Shown here in pieces: positions 22,498 to 31,789 of a stretch of DNA of 64,000 nt. Both the position numbers and the translations under genes were made by a program. The stretch comes from a bacterium. Its GTDB lineage: Bacteria; Fidelibacterota; Marinisomatia; Marinisomatales; JAHJCW01. The notes beneath the pieces are model-generated. The model searched no databases, was not told the DNA's origin, and saw nothing but the letters and a program-made list of their open reading frames with translations. Each line of letters opens with the position of its first letter. Position 1 is the first letter of the stretch. The stretch covers positions 69,797 through 133,796 of the forward strand of contig JANQGY010000005.1 of assembly GCA_028282845.1 (NCBI GenBank), read 5' to 3'.

Positions 22498-24855
22498 TCA
22501 ATTAGTTTGGTTCTCTTCAGTTGGGCTGTCAGCTCCTTCTGTTTTTTTCATTTCATCTGCTTTCTTTTTTAATTGCATTGGGTTGGGCGTTGGTTTTCGT
22601 TGTGCAGTAAGTTCAATCTTATCATAAGCGGTTGGCGCAAATTTTGTATTGTTTGAGTAGTCGGCATCAATTAATTCTTTATGAGGATCTAAACGAACCT
22701 GCTTTAATTGTTTATCAAAGGCAAATATTTTTAAAATTTCATTAGCATTTTTTCGCCAAATCTCAGCCGGAATTCTTTCTATTATTTTTTCACCATCCTC
22801 AAATTCAAACTCTAAAACCAGGGGCATTACTAAGCCGCCGATATTTTTGAATTTTAATTGGTAATAATTGGCATCAGCTTCAATTAGCGTGAGCCCGTCG
22901 CCATCTAATTTGTCGAGATACTTTTGATAATCGGTAGAATCTTTTGCTGTTACATCAAAAGGATCATATTCATCATAAAAATCAAGCAGCGTGGAATCAG
23001 CTTCAATTGCTCTGACAGGCAAATCAGCTTCGTTTCGTAGCACGGTTATAGTAACAGGCTCAGATGCTTCTTTGGCTTTTTCAAAGGGCTTTTCAATGTC
23101 AGGATTTTTGGTGCTTATTTTATACCATTTGACTTCCGCGAGTTCAATATCAACATGATCTATGGAATAAAACCAACCACGCCAGAACCAATCAAGATCA
23201 ACGCCGGAAGCGTCTTCCATGGTTCTAAAGAAATCGGCCGGCGAAGGATTCTTGAACTTCCAACGATTAGCATATGTTTTAAAGGCATAGTCGAATAGTT
23301 CGCGCCCCAAAACCGTTTCACGCAAAACATTTAAAGCAACTGTAACTTTTGCATAGGCGTTCTCGCCAAAATGTGTCAGTGATTCGGAATTGGTCATTAT
23401 CGGCACCTGCGTGTCTTTGTTTCCGCTCATGTAATCAATCATGTAATCCAAGTCACGACGATTTAAAAAATTGCGCTCCCAGGCGTTTTGAGCAAGCGAT
23501 TGCAAAAAGGTATTTAAACCCTCATCCATCCAAGTCCACTGTCGCTCATCGCTGTTTACGATCATTGGAAAATAATTGTGCCCAACTTCATGTATTATAA
23601 CGCCTAACATGCCATATTTTGTACGTTTTGAATAAGTGCCATCGTCTTCGGGACGCCCGCCGTTAAAACAGATCATCGGATATTCCATACCGATCCACTT
23701 GGTGTGCACAGAGGTTGCCTGTGGATAAGGATAATCGAAAGTGAATTCGGAATAAATTTTCAGCGTATGTGCCACGACTTTGGTTGAATATTTTTCCCAG
23801 AGTGGATTACCTTCTTTGGGATAATAAGACATTGCCATTGAGGTTCGATCACCAAGTTTTACAGCCATGGCGTCCCAGATAAACTTTCGGGAAGATGCAA
23901 ACGCAAAATCCCGTACATTTTTTGCTTTAAAATGCCAAGTTTTAGTACCATCGGCTTTGCCGGATTCATTATCAATTGCCTCCTCTTCCGTTACGATAAA
24001 CACCGGCGTGTCCGATTTCCGGGCTTTTTTAAAGCGCACCAATTGTTCGGTTGTTAACACGCGCGACGCGTTTTGGAGTTCTCCTGTCGCGGCGACGATG
24101 TGATCGGATGGAACGGTAATCTTTACATCAAAATCTCCGAAAGTAAGCGTGAACTCACCGGCACCCAAAAACTGTTTATTCTGCCAGCCTTCAATATCAT
24201 TATAAAGTGCCATGCGCGGATAAAACTGAGCGATTGTGTAGATATAATTACTGTCTTTTTCAAAATATTCCATGCCGGAACGACCGCCGATTTTCATGCG
24301 ATCATTAATATTGTACCACCATTTTAATTTTAAAGTGAACGAACCGCCGGGCTGTAAAGGTTTGGGCAAATCAATACGCATCATAGTTTCTACAATGGTG
24401 AAAGGCACGCTGGCGCCGGTTCCATCTGTCACGTAATCAATATTGAAGCCGCCTTCAAAATCAGAATGAAGGCGCCGGAAAGTGCGCAGACTTTCTTTGT
24501 CGGTAAAAATGTGCGTATGCGTTTTATGCGAAGCCGAATGTTGTTTCCTTATATTTTGATCAAGCTGTAGCCACAAATAGTCAAGGATGTCAGGAGAATT
24601 GTTATAATAGACGATAGTTTCGGTTCCGGATATTGTTTGTTTTTCATCGTTGAGAACCACATCAATCTTATAATCGGCTTTTTGCTGCCAATATTCATGC
24701 CCGGGTGCACCCGATGCAACCCGATAAGTATTGGGCGTAGGTAATTCTTCTTTTAATTGTGCGAACTTGTCGGCAGCATTAATACTTTCATTCTGAGCAG
24801 GCACGAAGCCAACAGCAATCAACATAACGGCAAACAAGACAACAGTGTTTTTCAT
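22498..24855 (-). CDS. M1-family (aminopeptidase N-like) zinc metallopeptidase, secreted
   Basis: 785 aa. Signal peptide, HEVGHNYF (HEXXH) followed by WMDEGLNTF (the E of the third ligand). Confidence 0.85.
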   Translation of the reverse strand: MKNTVVLFAVMLIAVGFVPAQNESINAADKFAQLKEELPTPNTYRVASGAPGHEYWQQKADYKIDVVLNDEKQTISGTETIVYYNNSPDILDYLWLQLDQNIRKQHSASHKTHTHIFTDKESLRTFRRLHSDFEGGFNIDYVTDGTGASVPFTIVETMMRIDLPKPLQPGGSFTLKLKWWYNINDRMKIGGRSGMEYFEKDSNYIYTIAQFYPRMALYNDIEGWQNKQFLGAGEFTLTFGDFDVKITVPSDHIVAATGELQNASRVLTTEQLVRFKKARKSDTPVFIVTEEEAIDNESGKADGTKTWHFKAKNVRDFAFASSRKFIWDAMAVKLGDRTSMAMSYYPKEGNPLWEKYSTKVVAHTLKIYSEFTFDYPYPQATSVHTKWIGMEYPMICFNGGRPEDDGTYSKRTKYGMLGVIIHEVGHNYFPMIVNSDERQWTWMDEGLNTFLQSLAQNAWERNFLNRRDLDYMIDYMSGNKDTQVPIMTNSESLTHFGENAYAKVTVALNVLRETVLGRELFDYAFKTYANRWKFKNPSPADFFRTMEDASGVDLDWFWRGWFYSIDHVDIELAEVKWYKISTKNPDIEKPFEKAKEASEPVTITVLRNEADLPVRAIEADSTLLDFYDEYDPFDVTAKDSTDYQKYLDKLDGDGLTLIEADANYYQLKFKNIGGLVMPLVLEFEFEDGEKIIERIPAEIWRKNANEILKIFAFDKQLKQVRLDPHKELIDADYSNNTKFAPTAYDKIELTAQRKPTPNPMQLKKKADEMKKTEGADSPTEENQTN

Positions 24856-25042
24856 GATAACCTCTTTTTGGTAAAAATCGAATACTGAATATAAAAGTTT
24901 TGGAATATATATTATGACAGTAAATATTGGATTATGCCGTCAATTTACAAATTAAATAATTTGTTAAACGTCTTTAAGTAATACGATTAAAGTATGTAGC
25001 TTTTAATCCACAAATTGCTCAATAATTTTATTTGATAATCTT

Positions 25043-26341
25043 ATGAAAATAGGAATAAGAAGAGAAGACAAAAATGAATGGGAAGCGCGTGCTCCGCTAA
25101 CACCGCCTGACACTAAAAAGCTCATTGACCAAGGAATACAAATCGTATTGCAGCCATCACCGATTCGCATTTTTTCTGACACGGAATATGTTGACGCAGG
25201 TGCAACGACCTCAGAAAACCTATCAGATTGCAGCTTAATCCTGGCAGTGAAAGAAATACCGATCGATTTTATTGAAGACGGTAAGGCGTATTTATTCTTT
25301 TCGCATACCATCAAAGGTCAAGATTATAATATGCCGTTGCTGCAGACCATGATTGATAAAAAAACGCAACTACTGGACTATGAACGAATTGTAGATGCGG
25401 AAGGCCGGAGACTAATATTTTTCGGACGCCATGCCGGACTTGCCGGTATGATTGACACCCTGTGGGCTCTCGGCCAAAGATTGGCGCAGGAAGGCATACC
25501 GAGCCCGTTCAGTAAAATTAAAAAGACCTATGAATACGGTGGATTGGAAAACGCCAAGAAAGCGCTTGAGAAGATTGCTGGGGAATTGAGCAAAACAGGT
25601 GTTCCAAAAGAAGTCCAACCACTGGTGGTCGGTTTCACAGGCTACGGTAATGTATCGCAAGGCGCACAGGAGATATTTGATATTTTTCCACACAAAGAAT
25701 TAAGCCCTAAAGAATTACTTTCCGAAAGTTCTTTTACAGAAAAGGACCATCTGCTTTATAAGGTTATTTTTAAAGAAAAAGATTTGGTGGAAACTATTGA
25801 TAGTGGCAATCAATTTATACTTCAGGATTATTATGACAATCCCGAGAAATATCAATCCAAATTCGAGCGCTACTTGCCAGAGCTGTCAGTTTTGGTTAAT
25901 TGTATTTTTTGGGACATAAAATATCCGCGGCTTATAACGTTGGATTATTTGAAAAAAACCTGGCAAGCCGTCGACATACCAAGGTTGAGAATAATCGGCG
26001 ACGTCAGTTGCGATATTGAAGGGGCAATTCAATGTACAACGAAGGTGACCGATCCCGGATCGCCGGTTTATACGTATGATCCGTTAGGCGGAAAAGTTCA
26101 AGATGGTGTAACCGGCAGGGGTCCGGCCATAATGGCTGTTGACAATCTACCTTGTGAGCTGGCGGCTGAAGCATCCCAAGCCTTTAGCACGGTACTCGTG
26201 GATTTTTTGCCTGAACTTGCCAAAGCCGATTTTGATGAATCTTTTACAGAATTGAAATTACCGCCCGAGCTGTTAAGTGCTCTGATTTTACACAATGGAG
26301 AATTAACAGAAGACTATAAATATTTACAACAATATCTCTAA
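25043..26341 (+). CDS. Lysine-ketoglutarate reductase-like enzyme (saccharopine dehydrogenase, L-lysine-forming; AlaDH/PNT-type N-terminus)
   Basis: 432 aa. The N-terminus IGIRREDKNEWEARAPLTP resembles the LKR domain of bifunctional LKR/SDH enzymes. Immediately followed by a saccharopine dehydrogenase gene. Confidence 0.65.
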   Translation: MKIGIRREDKNEWEARAPLTPPDTKKLIDQGIQIVLQPSPIRIFSDTEYVDAGATTSENLSDCSLILAVKEIPIDFIEDGKAYLFFSHTIKGQDYNMPLLQTMIDKKTQLLDYERIVDAEGRRLIFFGRHAGLAGMIDTLWALGQRLAQEGIPSPFSKIKKTYEYGGLENAKKALEKIAGELSKTGVPKEVQPLVVGFTGYGNVSQGAQEIFDIFPHKELSPKELLSESSFTEKDHLLYKVIFKEKDLVETIDSGNQFILQDYYDNPEKYQSKFERYLPELSVLVNCIFWDIKYPRLITLDYLKKTWQAVDIPRLRIIGDVSCDIEGAIQCTTKVTDPGSPVYTYDPLGGKVQDGVTGRGPAIMAVDNLPCELAAEASQAFSTVLVDFLPELAKADFDESFTELKLPPELLSALILHNGELTEDYKYLQQYL

Positions 26342-26357
26342 ATACAAAGGAAATTAA

Positions 26358-27677
26358 ATGAAAACAGTATTAGTTTTGGGAGCTGGACTGGTAACAAGGC
26401 CACTGGTGGAGTATTTGCTCAAACATAGCATAAAAGTTAATGTGGCCAGCCGCACCGTTTCAAAAGCTGAAATGCTTATTGACGGGCATCCCAACGGTAA
26501 AGCAATTTCATGGACAGTTGATCAGGAGGAAAAACTGAAAGATATGATCAGGGGCGCCGACCTTGTGGTGAGCCTTTTGCCGGCAAATTTTCATGCCGAA
26601 ATAGCCAAGCTATGCATTGAGTTTGATACAAACATGGCGACCACGTCTTATGTAAGTCCCGAAATGAAAGCCCTTGATACACTGGCTAAAGAAAAAGGCA
26701 TAGTTATATTAAATGAATGTGGTGTGGATCCCGGTATTGATCACATGTCAGCCATGCGTATCGTTCACGATGTTGAACAGAGGGGTGGTAAAATAACAAG
26801 CTTTATGTCGTACTGCGGAGGACTGCCCGCTCCAGAAGCAAACACTAATCCACTTGGCTATAAGTTTTCTTGGAGCCCCAAGGGCGTGTTGCTTGCCGGT
26901 AAAAATGACGCCAAATATCGTAAAGACAATCAAGAAGTAAATATCGAAGGAAAAAATTTGTTTGATAATCATTGGGAAGTTGATATACCTGACTTTGGGA
27001 AGCTTGAAGGCTATCCGAACCGCGATTCCCTTGATTATATTGAAACCTATGGTTTTGAAGGAATCTCAACCATGTTCCGCGGCACGTTGCGCAACCCCGG
27101 ATGGTGTGAAACCCTAAAAGCAATTGTTGATTTAGGCTATGTTGAAATAAATGAAGAGTATTGGGACGGAAAGACCTTTGCCGATCTTGGTTGGTATCTG
27201 CTCGGGCAAAAGCCCGATGGTGATTTAAGAGCGGCCGTTGCAGGTAAATTAGCCTTGAAAGCAGACTCGTCTATATTGAATAATTTAGAATGGCTTGGGC
27301 TTTTTTCCGATGACAAGCTGCCAATTGACAAGGGTGGTGTAATTGATGTGCTGACGGCCACAATGTTGGAAAAGATGGCATACAATGAAGGCGAACGCGA
27401 CATGTTAGTTTTGTATCATAATTTTATTGCCGAATTTCCCGAGGGCAAAAAAGAAGAGATCACCTCCACGATGATTGACTATGGAATTCCAAACGGCGAT
27501 AGTTCTATGTCACGAACCGTTAGCCTGCCTGTCGCCATCGGCGTGAGAATGATATTGGAAGGAAAGTTTACCAAGCCCGGCGTTTGGGTGCCGGTAATTC
27601 CCGAATTGTATAATCCCATTTTGGATGAACTTGAAGCTTTGGGAATTGAATGTAAAGAGCAATCCAAAGAATTATAA
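26358..27677 (+). CDS. Saccharopine dehydrogenase (L-glutamate-forming type)
   Basis: 439 aa. Rossmann start KTVLVLGAGLVTRPLVEYL, conserved CGVDPGIDHM and GYPNRDS motifs of Sacchrp_dh N- and C-terminal domains. Confidence 0.8.
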   Translation: MKTVLVLGAGLVTRPLVEYLLKHSIKVNVASRTVSKAEMLIDGHPNGKAISWTVDQEEKLKDMIRGADLVVSLLPANFHAEIAKLCIEFDTNMATTSYVSPEMKALDTLAKEKGIVILNECGVDPGIDHMSAMRIVHDVEQRGGKITSFMSYCGGLPAPEANTNPLGYKFSWSPKGVLLAGKNDAKYRKDNQEVNIEGKNLFDNHWEVDIPDFGKLEGYPNRDSLDYIETYGFEGISTMFRGTLRNPGWCETLKAIVDLGYVEINEEYWDGKTFADLGWYLLGQKPDGDLRAAVAGKLALKADSSILNNLEWLGLFSDDKLPIDKGGVIDVLTATMLEKMAYNEGERDMLVLYHNFIAEFPEGKKEEITSTMIDYGIPNGDSSMSRTVSLPVAIGVRMILEGKFTKPGVWVPVIPELYNPILDELEALGIECKEQSKEL

Positions 27678-27689
27678 AAGGAGTGAAGC

Positions 27690-28676
27690 ATGTATAAAAA
27701 GTTGTTAACCATTGCCTTGCTGCTGTTTGTTTCATCAGCGGCATTCGGGCAGGTAACCTTTAAAGCGGTTACCACAAGCGACGGCTTTATGGGCATGGGC
27801 GCATTTGAATCAACTACTAAAACATTTATTGTTGATTATGCCCAAAGAACGGAAACCGATTTGGAGTTCAAAGGAAATTTCATGAAATATTTTAATCCCA
27901 ATATGAATGAAGTTTCGATTATCCGTTTGGACAAAGAACTGATCTGGAATCTTGATACGGAAAACAAAACCTATACTGAGAGAACCTTTGCTGAAATGAA
28001 GGAAATGATGGCACAGGGAATGCAGGGTATTGGACAACCAATGCCGGAACAGGACAGCGATTTTGAAGCGGATTATAAATGGTCAAAGCCAAAAATAAAA
28101 GTAGAAAACCTAAAGGAGTCGAAGAAAATTAACGGCTTCAAGTGCGAGCACTATCTTGTTTCGGTAACTACCGTGGGAACCCACATCGAAACAGGCGTTA
28201 AAGACACGATGTATTTTGTATCGGATTTGTGGAATTCCAAAGCGGTAACCAAAAATATGCAATTGGTCAATGATTTCAATAAAAAGTACTTAGATGCGAT
28301 CGGAATTAATATACCCGCCAATGCCGGGATGGCGATGATCGCTGGCATGTATAAAGATCAAATGCAGTCGTTACAAGGCGAAATTGATAAATTGGATGGT
28401 TACGCAATAGTTAGCGACATGAAACTTACTATTACACGAAATGCCTTACCGGAACAGGGGCAGGGGGAAGATAATATTTCTATGCGCGATATTCAGCGTG
28501 ATCTTGGCGGTCTTTTGGGTAAAAAAGTGCTAAAGGATGTGATGAAGGACAAGGAAGAAGCAGATCAGTCAGCGATCCAAATGTTACGCATTAAAAATGA
28601 AATAGTTGAGATCAGTTCGGACAACATCCCGAAATCAAAATTTGAGGTGAAAGAAAACTACAAACTTAAGAAATAG
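27690..28676 (+). CDS. Secreted hypothetical protein (possibly DUF4412-like), co-transcribed with the saccharopine genes
   Basis: 328 aa. Signal peptide MYKKLLTIALLLFVSSAAFGQ, AAAGGAG Shine-Dalgarno, 12-nt gap from the upstream gene. No catalytic motif recognised. Confidence 0.6.
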   Translation: MYKKLLTIALLLFVSSAAFGQVTFKAVTTSDGFMGMGAFESTTKTFIVDYAQRTETDLEFKGNFMKYFNPNMNEVSIIRLDKELIWNLDTENKTYTERTFAEMKEMMAQGMQGIGQPMPEQDSDFEADYKWSKPKIKVENLKESKKINGFKCEHYLVSVTTVGTHIETGVKDTMYFVSDLWNSKAVTKNMQLVNDFNKKYLDAIGINIPANAGMAMIAGMYKDQMQSLQGEIDKLDGYAIVSDMKLTITRNALPEQGQGEDNISMRDIQRDLGGLLGKKVLKDVMKDKEEADQSAIQMLRIKNEIVEISSDNIPKSKFEVKENYKLKK

Positions 28677-28705
28677 TTATAAGCACTTCTTAACAAACAA
28701 CTTGG

Positions 28706-28740
28706 GCGGTGCTAAAACAGCATTGTTTTGCACCGCTCTT
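28706..28740. terminator. Stem-loop between convergent genes (probable intrinsic terminator)
   Basis: gcggtgc-t-aaaaca gcat tgtttt-gcaccgc followed by tctt. 13 bp of pairing with one bulge. Confidence 0.55.
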
Positions 28741-28788
28741 ATACGACCTTTAATAGAGAGAACTATAATTCTCTACGTTTGAATTTAC

Positions 28789-29748
28789 CTACCGCCCGTA
28801 CAGCTCTTTAACCATTTGCGCGTCTTCTCCGGAGAGCTCGTCACCCAATTCGGCAGCTGCAAGAACCTGCCCTTCATCTCTTTGTCCTAAGAGAACACAG
28901 CCAGTCGGCGAATCAGCTAATAAAGCGCCCAATAAACCATGTAAAACCGGTTGCGGATGATCTTCAAAATGGTTTTCTAAGAAAAGTTTATTTTGTTTTA
29001 GTTTTTTTAATAGTTCGACATCTTGAAAGTCTTCCACATTTCGACGGAAATCCCCTTCTTTGAATACCGGAGGCTTATCATATTTACCGGTTAAAAGTCC
29101 GTTCTTAATTGGTGAGAAGAACGCAATTCCGGCATTGTTCTTTTCCACCCAAGCCTTCAAACCGCTTGATTCGTAAGGATCATCCATAACATTACGATAA
29201 GGCTGAATTACATCAGGATTAACACGGTCAATATATTTCATTATTTTTATCGAATCCCAATCGGACAAACCGATAAAACGTATTTTCCCGTCATCGCGGA
29301 AACGATGAAACAACGCCAGGGCATCGTCCAAAATTGTATCGCTGTCAAAATTACTGTGATGGAAATAATACAGATCAATGACAGAAGTCTGCAAATTTTT
29401 TAAAGAGGATTCAAGATGCTGTTCAATCATTTTCGGGTGATAGAATTTTTCATAGCCACCTTTGTCCCACCCGACTTTTGTGGCAAGAAAAATATCGTTA
29501 CGCGGCACGACGTCCCACACCTTGCCGATTATTTTTTCCGAAAGACCGTTTCCGTAAACATCAGCTGTATCCCAATGGTTTATGCCTGATTTCCATGCCT
29601 GGATCAAGGCGTTACGCGAGTCGGTATCGGACTGATCTGCCCAGCCAACTGAACGCCCGCCGGAAATATTGCCGCTGCCATAAGCCCAGGTTCCCAAACT
29701 GATTGTTGCTACCTTTTCGTTGGTTCTGCCAAACGTGATATGTTTCAT
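28789..29748 (-). CDS. Aldo/keto reductase family oxidoreductase
   Basis: 319 aa. LGTWAYG, HWDTADVYGNG, YYFHH and GLSDW motifs of the AKR fold. Confidence 0.85.
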   Translation of the reverse strand: MKHITFGRTNEKVATISLGTWAYGSGNISGGRSVGWADQSDTDSRNALIQAWKSGINHWDTADVYGNGLSEKIIGKVWDVVPRNDIFLATKVGWDKGGYEKFYHPKMIEQHLESSLKNLQTSVIDLYYFHHSNFDSDTILDDALALFHRFRDDGKIRFIGLSDWDSIKIMKYIDRVNPDVIQPYRNVMDDPYESSGLKAWVEKNNAGIAFFSPIKNGLLTGKYDKPPVFKEGDFRRNVEDFQDVELLKKLKQNKLFLENHFEDHPQPVLHGLLGALLADSPTGCVLLGQRDEGQVLAAAELGDELSGEDAQMVKELYGR

Positions 29749-29823
29749 AATTCCTCTTTTTTATTGCTCAGAAAATAAGACCATAATTATGTAAACTTCC
29801 TTGTAAAATTTCCTGTTTTTAAC

Positions 29824-30144
29824 ATGATGAAAACCTTAGATATTGGACATCGCAATCTGCGGCTTGATGAGGCAATTAGTTTCCTTGAGGTAGAGGTTAG
29901 CAATGCGATGTATGCCGGCAATGTGCAGGCGGTAAAGATAATTCACGGCCACGGATCAGGCCGATTGCGTAACGCCGTGCGCGAATGGTGCCGCGAGCAA
30001 GCCGGTCGCTTTAAAGCGATAATCACCGGTGAGGATTACGACATGTTCCATCCTGAAAGCGCGGCGATGCGAGCTGACTGCGGCTTGCCTTATGATCCGG
30101 ATTTCGGCAAAAGAAATCGAGCGGTAACTTATATTTGGTTTTAA
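29824..30144 (+). CDS. Stand-alone Smr (small MutS-related) domain protein
   Basis: 106 aa. LDIGH...EA...L and IIHGHGSGRLRNAVREW match the Smr LDLHG / HGxG pattern. Confidence 0.6.
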   Translation: MMKTLDIGHRNLRLDEAISFLEVEVSNAMYAGNVQAVKIIHGHGSGRLRNAVREWCREQAGRFKAIITGEDYDMFHPESAAMRADCGLPYDPDFGKRNRAVTYIWF

Positions 30145-30169
30145 TTTTAGACTTTTATTGGAGTAAAGC

Positions 30170-31561
30170 ATGACATCTGACAAATCATTCCGAACCGTTA
30201 TAGAGCCTTTTATTATTAAATCGGTTGAACCGTTACGTTTAACAACCCGCGGGGAACGCAAAAAATATTTACAAGAAGCGCATTACAACCTATTCAAGAT
30301 TAAAGCACAGCATGTCTTAATAGATTTGCTGACTGATAGCGGTACCGGAGCAATGAGCACTGAACAGTGGGCAGCTCTAATGCGCGGTGATGAGTCTTAT
30401 GCCGGCAGTCCAAGTTTTCAAAGATTTGAAAATTCTGTAAAAGATGTTTTCGGGTTTAAGTATGTGATTCCCACCCATCAGGGTCGGGCAGCCGAAAGAA
30501 TTTTGTTTTCCACAATGTGCAAAAAAGGTGACATTGTACCCAACAATACCCATTTTGATACAACGCGCGCCAATGTTGAATATCGCGGGGCGATGGCGGT
30601 TGATTTAGTTGTTGAGGAAGGCAAAGATCCTCAAAAGATTTATCCGTTCAAAGGCAACATGGATGTTCGCCAACTGCGTAGCTTGATAGAAAAAGAAGGT
30701 GCCGAGAAGGTTCCACTTTGCATGCTGACGATTACCAATAATTCCGGCGGCGGGCAGCCGGTTTCAATGGAAAATATAAAAGAGGTTAAGAAGGTATTGG
30801 AAGAATATAATATTCCGCTTTATTTTGATGCTGCTCGCTTTGCTGAAAATGCCTATTTTATAAAACTGCGCGAAGGCGGCTATCAGGATATATCAGTTAA
30901 GGACATCGTACGCGAAATGATGAGTTACGCCGACGGTTGCACCATGAGTGCCAAGAAAGATGGGCTTGCCAATATCGGCGGATTCATTTGTACCAATGAT
31001 AGCGCTCTCGCACAGCAGGAAAAGGACTTACTGATCTTAACCGAAGGATACCCAACTTATGGCGGATTGGCGGGTCGTGATCTTGAAGCAATTGCTGTCG
31101 GCTTACAGGAAGTGTTGGAAGAAGATTATCTACGCTATCGCTTAGCTGAAGCCAAATATCTTGGTGAACGCCTGATTGAGATCGGCTACCCGATTGTCCA
31201 GCCTCCGGGAGGTCATGCCGTTTATCTTGATGCTAAAACCTTACTGCCACATATTCCTCAATCGCAATATCCCGGACAGGCGCTATCGGTTGAATTATAT
31301 TTAGCAGGTGGAATTAGAACAGTGGAGATTGGCTCAGTCATGTTCGGTAAGGTTAACCCCAAAACTAAAGAAGAGACTCCGGCGGCAATGGAACTTGTGC
31401 GCCTTGCCCTGCCACGCCGCACCCACACGCAAAGCCATATTGATTATGTTTTGGAAGTGGCCAAAGATGTTTATAATAACCGTGAAAAGATCAAAGGGAT
31501 GAAAATAACCGCACAGCCGCAATTTCTCAGACATTTTACGGCTAAGTTTGATCAGGCTTAG
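30170..31561 (+). CDS. tnaA: Beta-eliminating lyase, tryptophanase-like (tyrosine phenol-lyase not excluded)
   Basis: 463 aa. LLTDSGTGAMS, AARFAENAYFIK, PLP-lysine context SAKKDGLANIGGF, LLPHIP and C-terminal FLRHFTAKF. These are closer to my recollection of E. coli TnaA than of TPL. Confidence 0.75.
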   Translation: MTSDKSFRTVIEPFIIKSVEPLRLTTRGERKKYLQEAHYNLFKIKAQHVLIDLLTDSGTGAMSTEQWAALMRGDESYAGSPSFQRFENSVKDVFGFKYVIPTHQGRAAERILFSTMCKKGDIVPNNTHFDTTRANVEYRGAMAVDLVVEEGKDPQKIYPFKGNMDVRQLRSLIEKEGAEKVPLCMLTITNNSGGGQPVSMENIKEVKKVLEEYNIPLYFDAARFAENAYFIKLREGGYQDISVKDIVREMMSYADGCTMSAKKDGLANIGGFICTNDSALAQQEKDLLILTEGYPTYGGLAGRDLEAIAVGLQEVLEEDYLRYRLAEAKYLGERLIEIGYPIVQPPGGHAVYLDAKTLLPHIPQSQYPGQALSVELYLAGGIRTVEIGSVMFGKVNPKTKEETPAAMELVRLALPRRTHTQSHIDYVLEVAKDVYNNREKIKGMKITAQPQFLRHFTAKFDQA

Positions 31562-31789
31562 CCACGAATGCACAAACAAATTGTGTAATATTTGTCGTTC
31601 AGCATCCCTGTAAAATTGACATGCAATATTATATATAATTATTAAGCAATATGTCGCCGTGAAAAATAAAGCAACAAAAAAGAACCATCCGTTTATGCGA
31701 GGTTTTACTATCCATTAAATAATACTCCCACTTTTTCTCCCCCTAAAATAGGGGGAGATTACAGAGGGGGTATAAGAATATAGAATAAT

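Noticed and set aside
23314-23329. parS-like 16-mer cGTTTCACGcAAAACa inside the M1 peptidase gene.
   Set aside because: Only 13/16 match the consensus, and the central CACGTG core is broken. It is probably chance.
24947-24964. 7-4-7 inverted repeat ACAAATT-aaat-AATTTGT upstream of the LKR-like gene.
   Set aside because: It is short, entirely A/T-rich and sits in an AT-rich intergenic region, so it is expected by chance. There is no second copy or recognisable operator family.
25003-25314. 103-aa minus-strand ORF overlapping the start of the LKR-like gene.
   Set aside because: It is antisense to a well-supported CDS, with no motifs and no Shine-Dalgarno sequence. It begins in the promoter region of the plus-strand gene.
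31737-31757. CTCCCCC/GGGGGAG hairpin as the ppdK or tnaA intrinsic terminator.
   Set aside because: The T-run precedes the stem on the plus strand, which places an A-run after it on the minus strand. Neither orientation has the required 3' U-tract. It is kept only as an unexplained structure.
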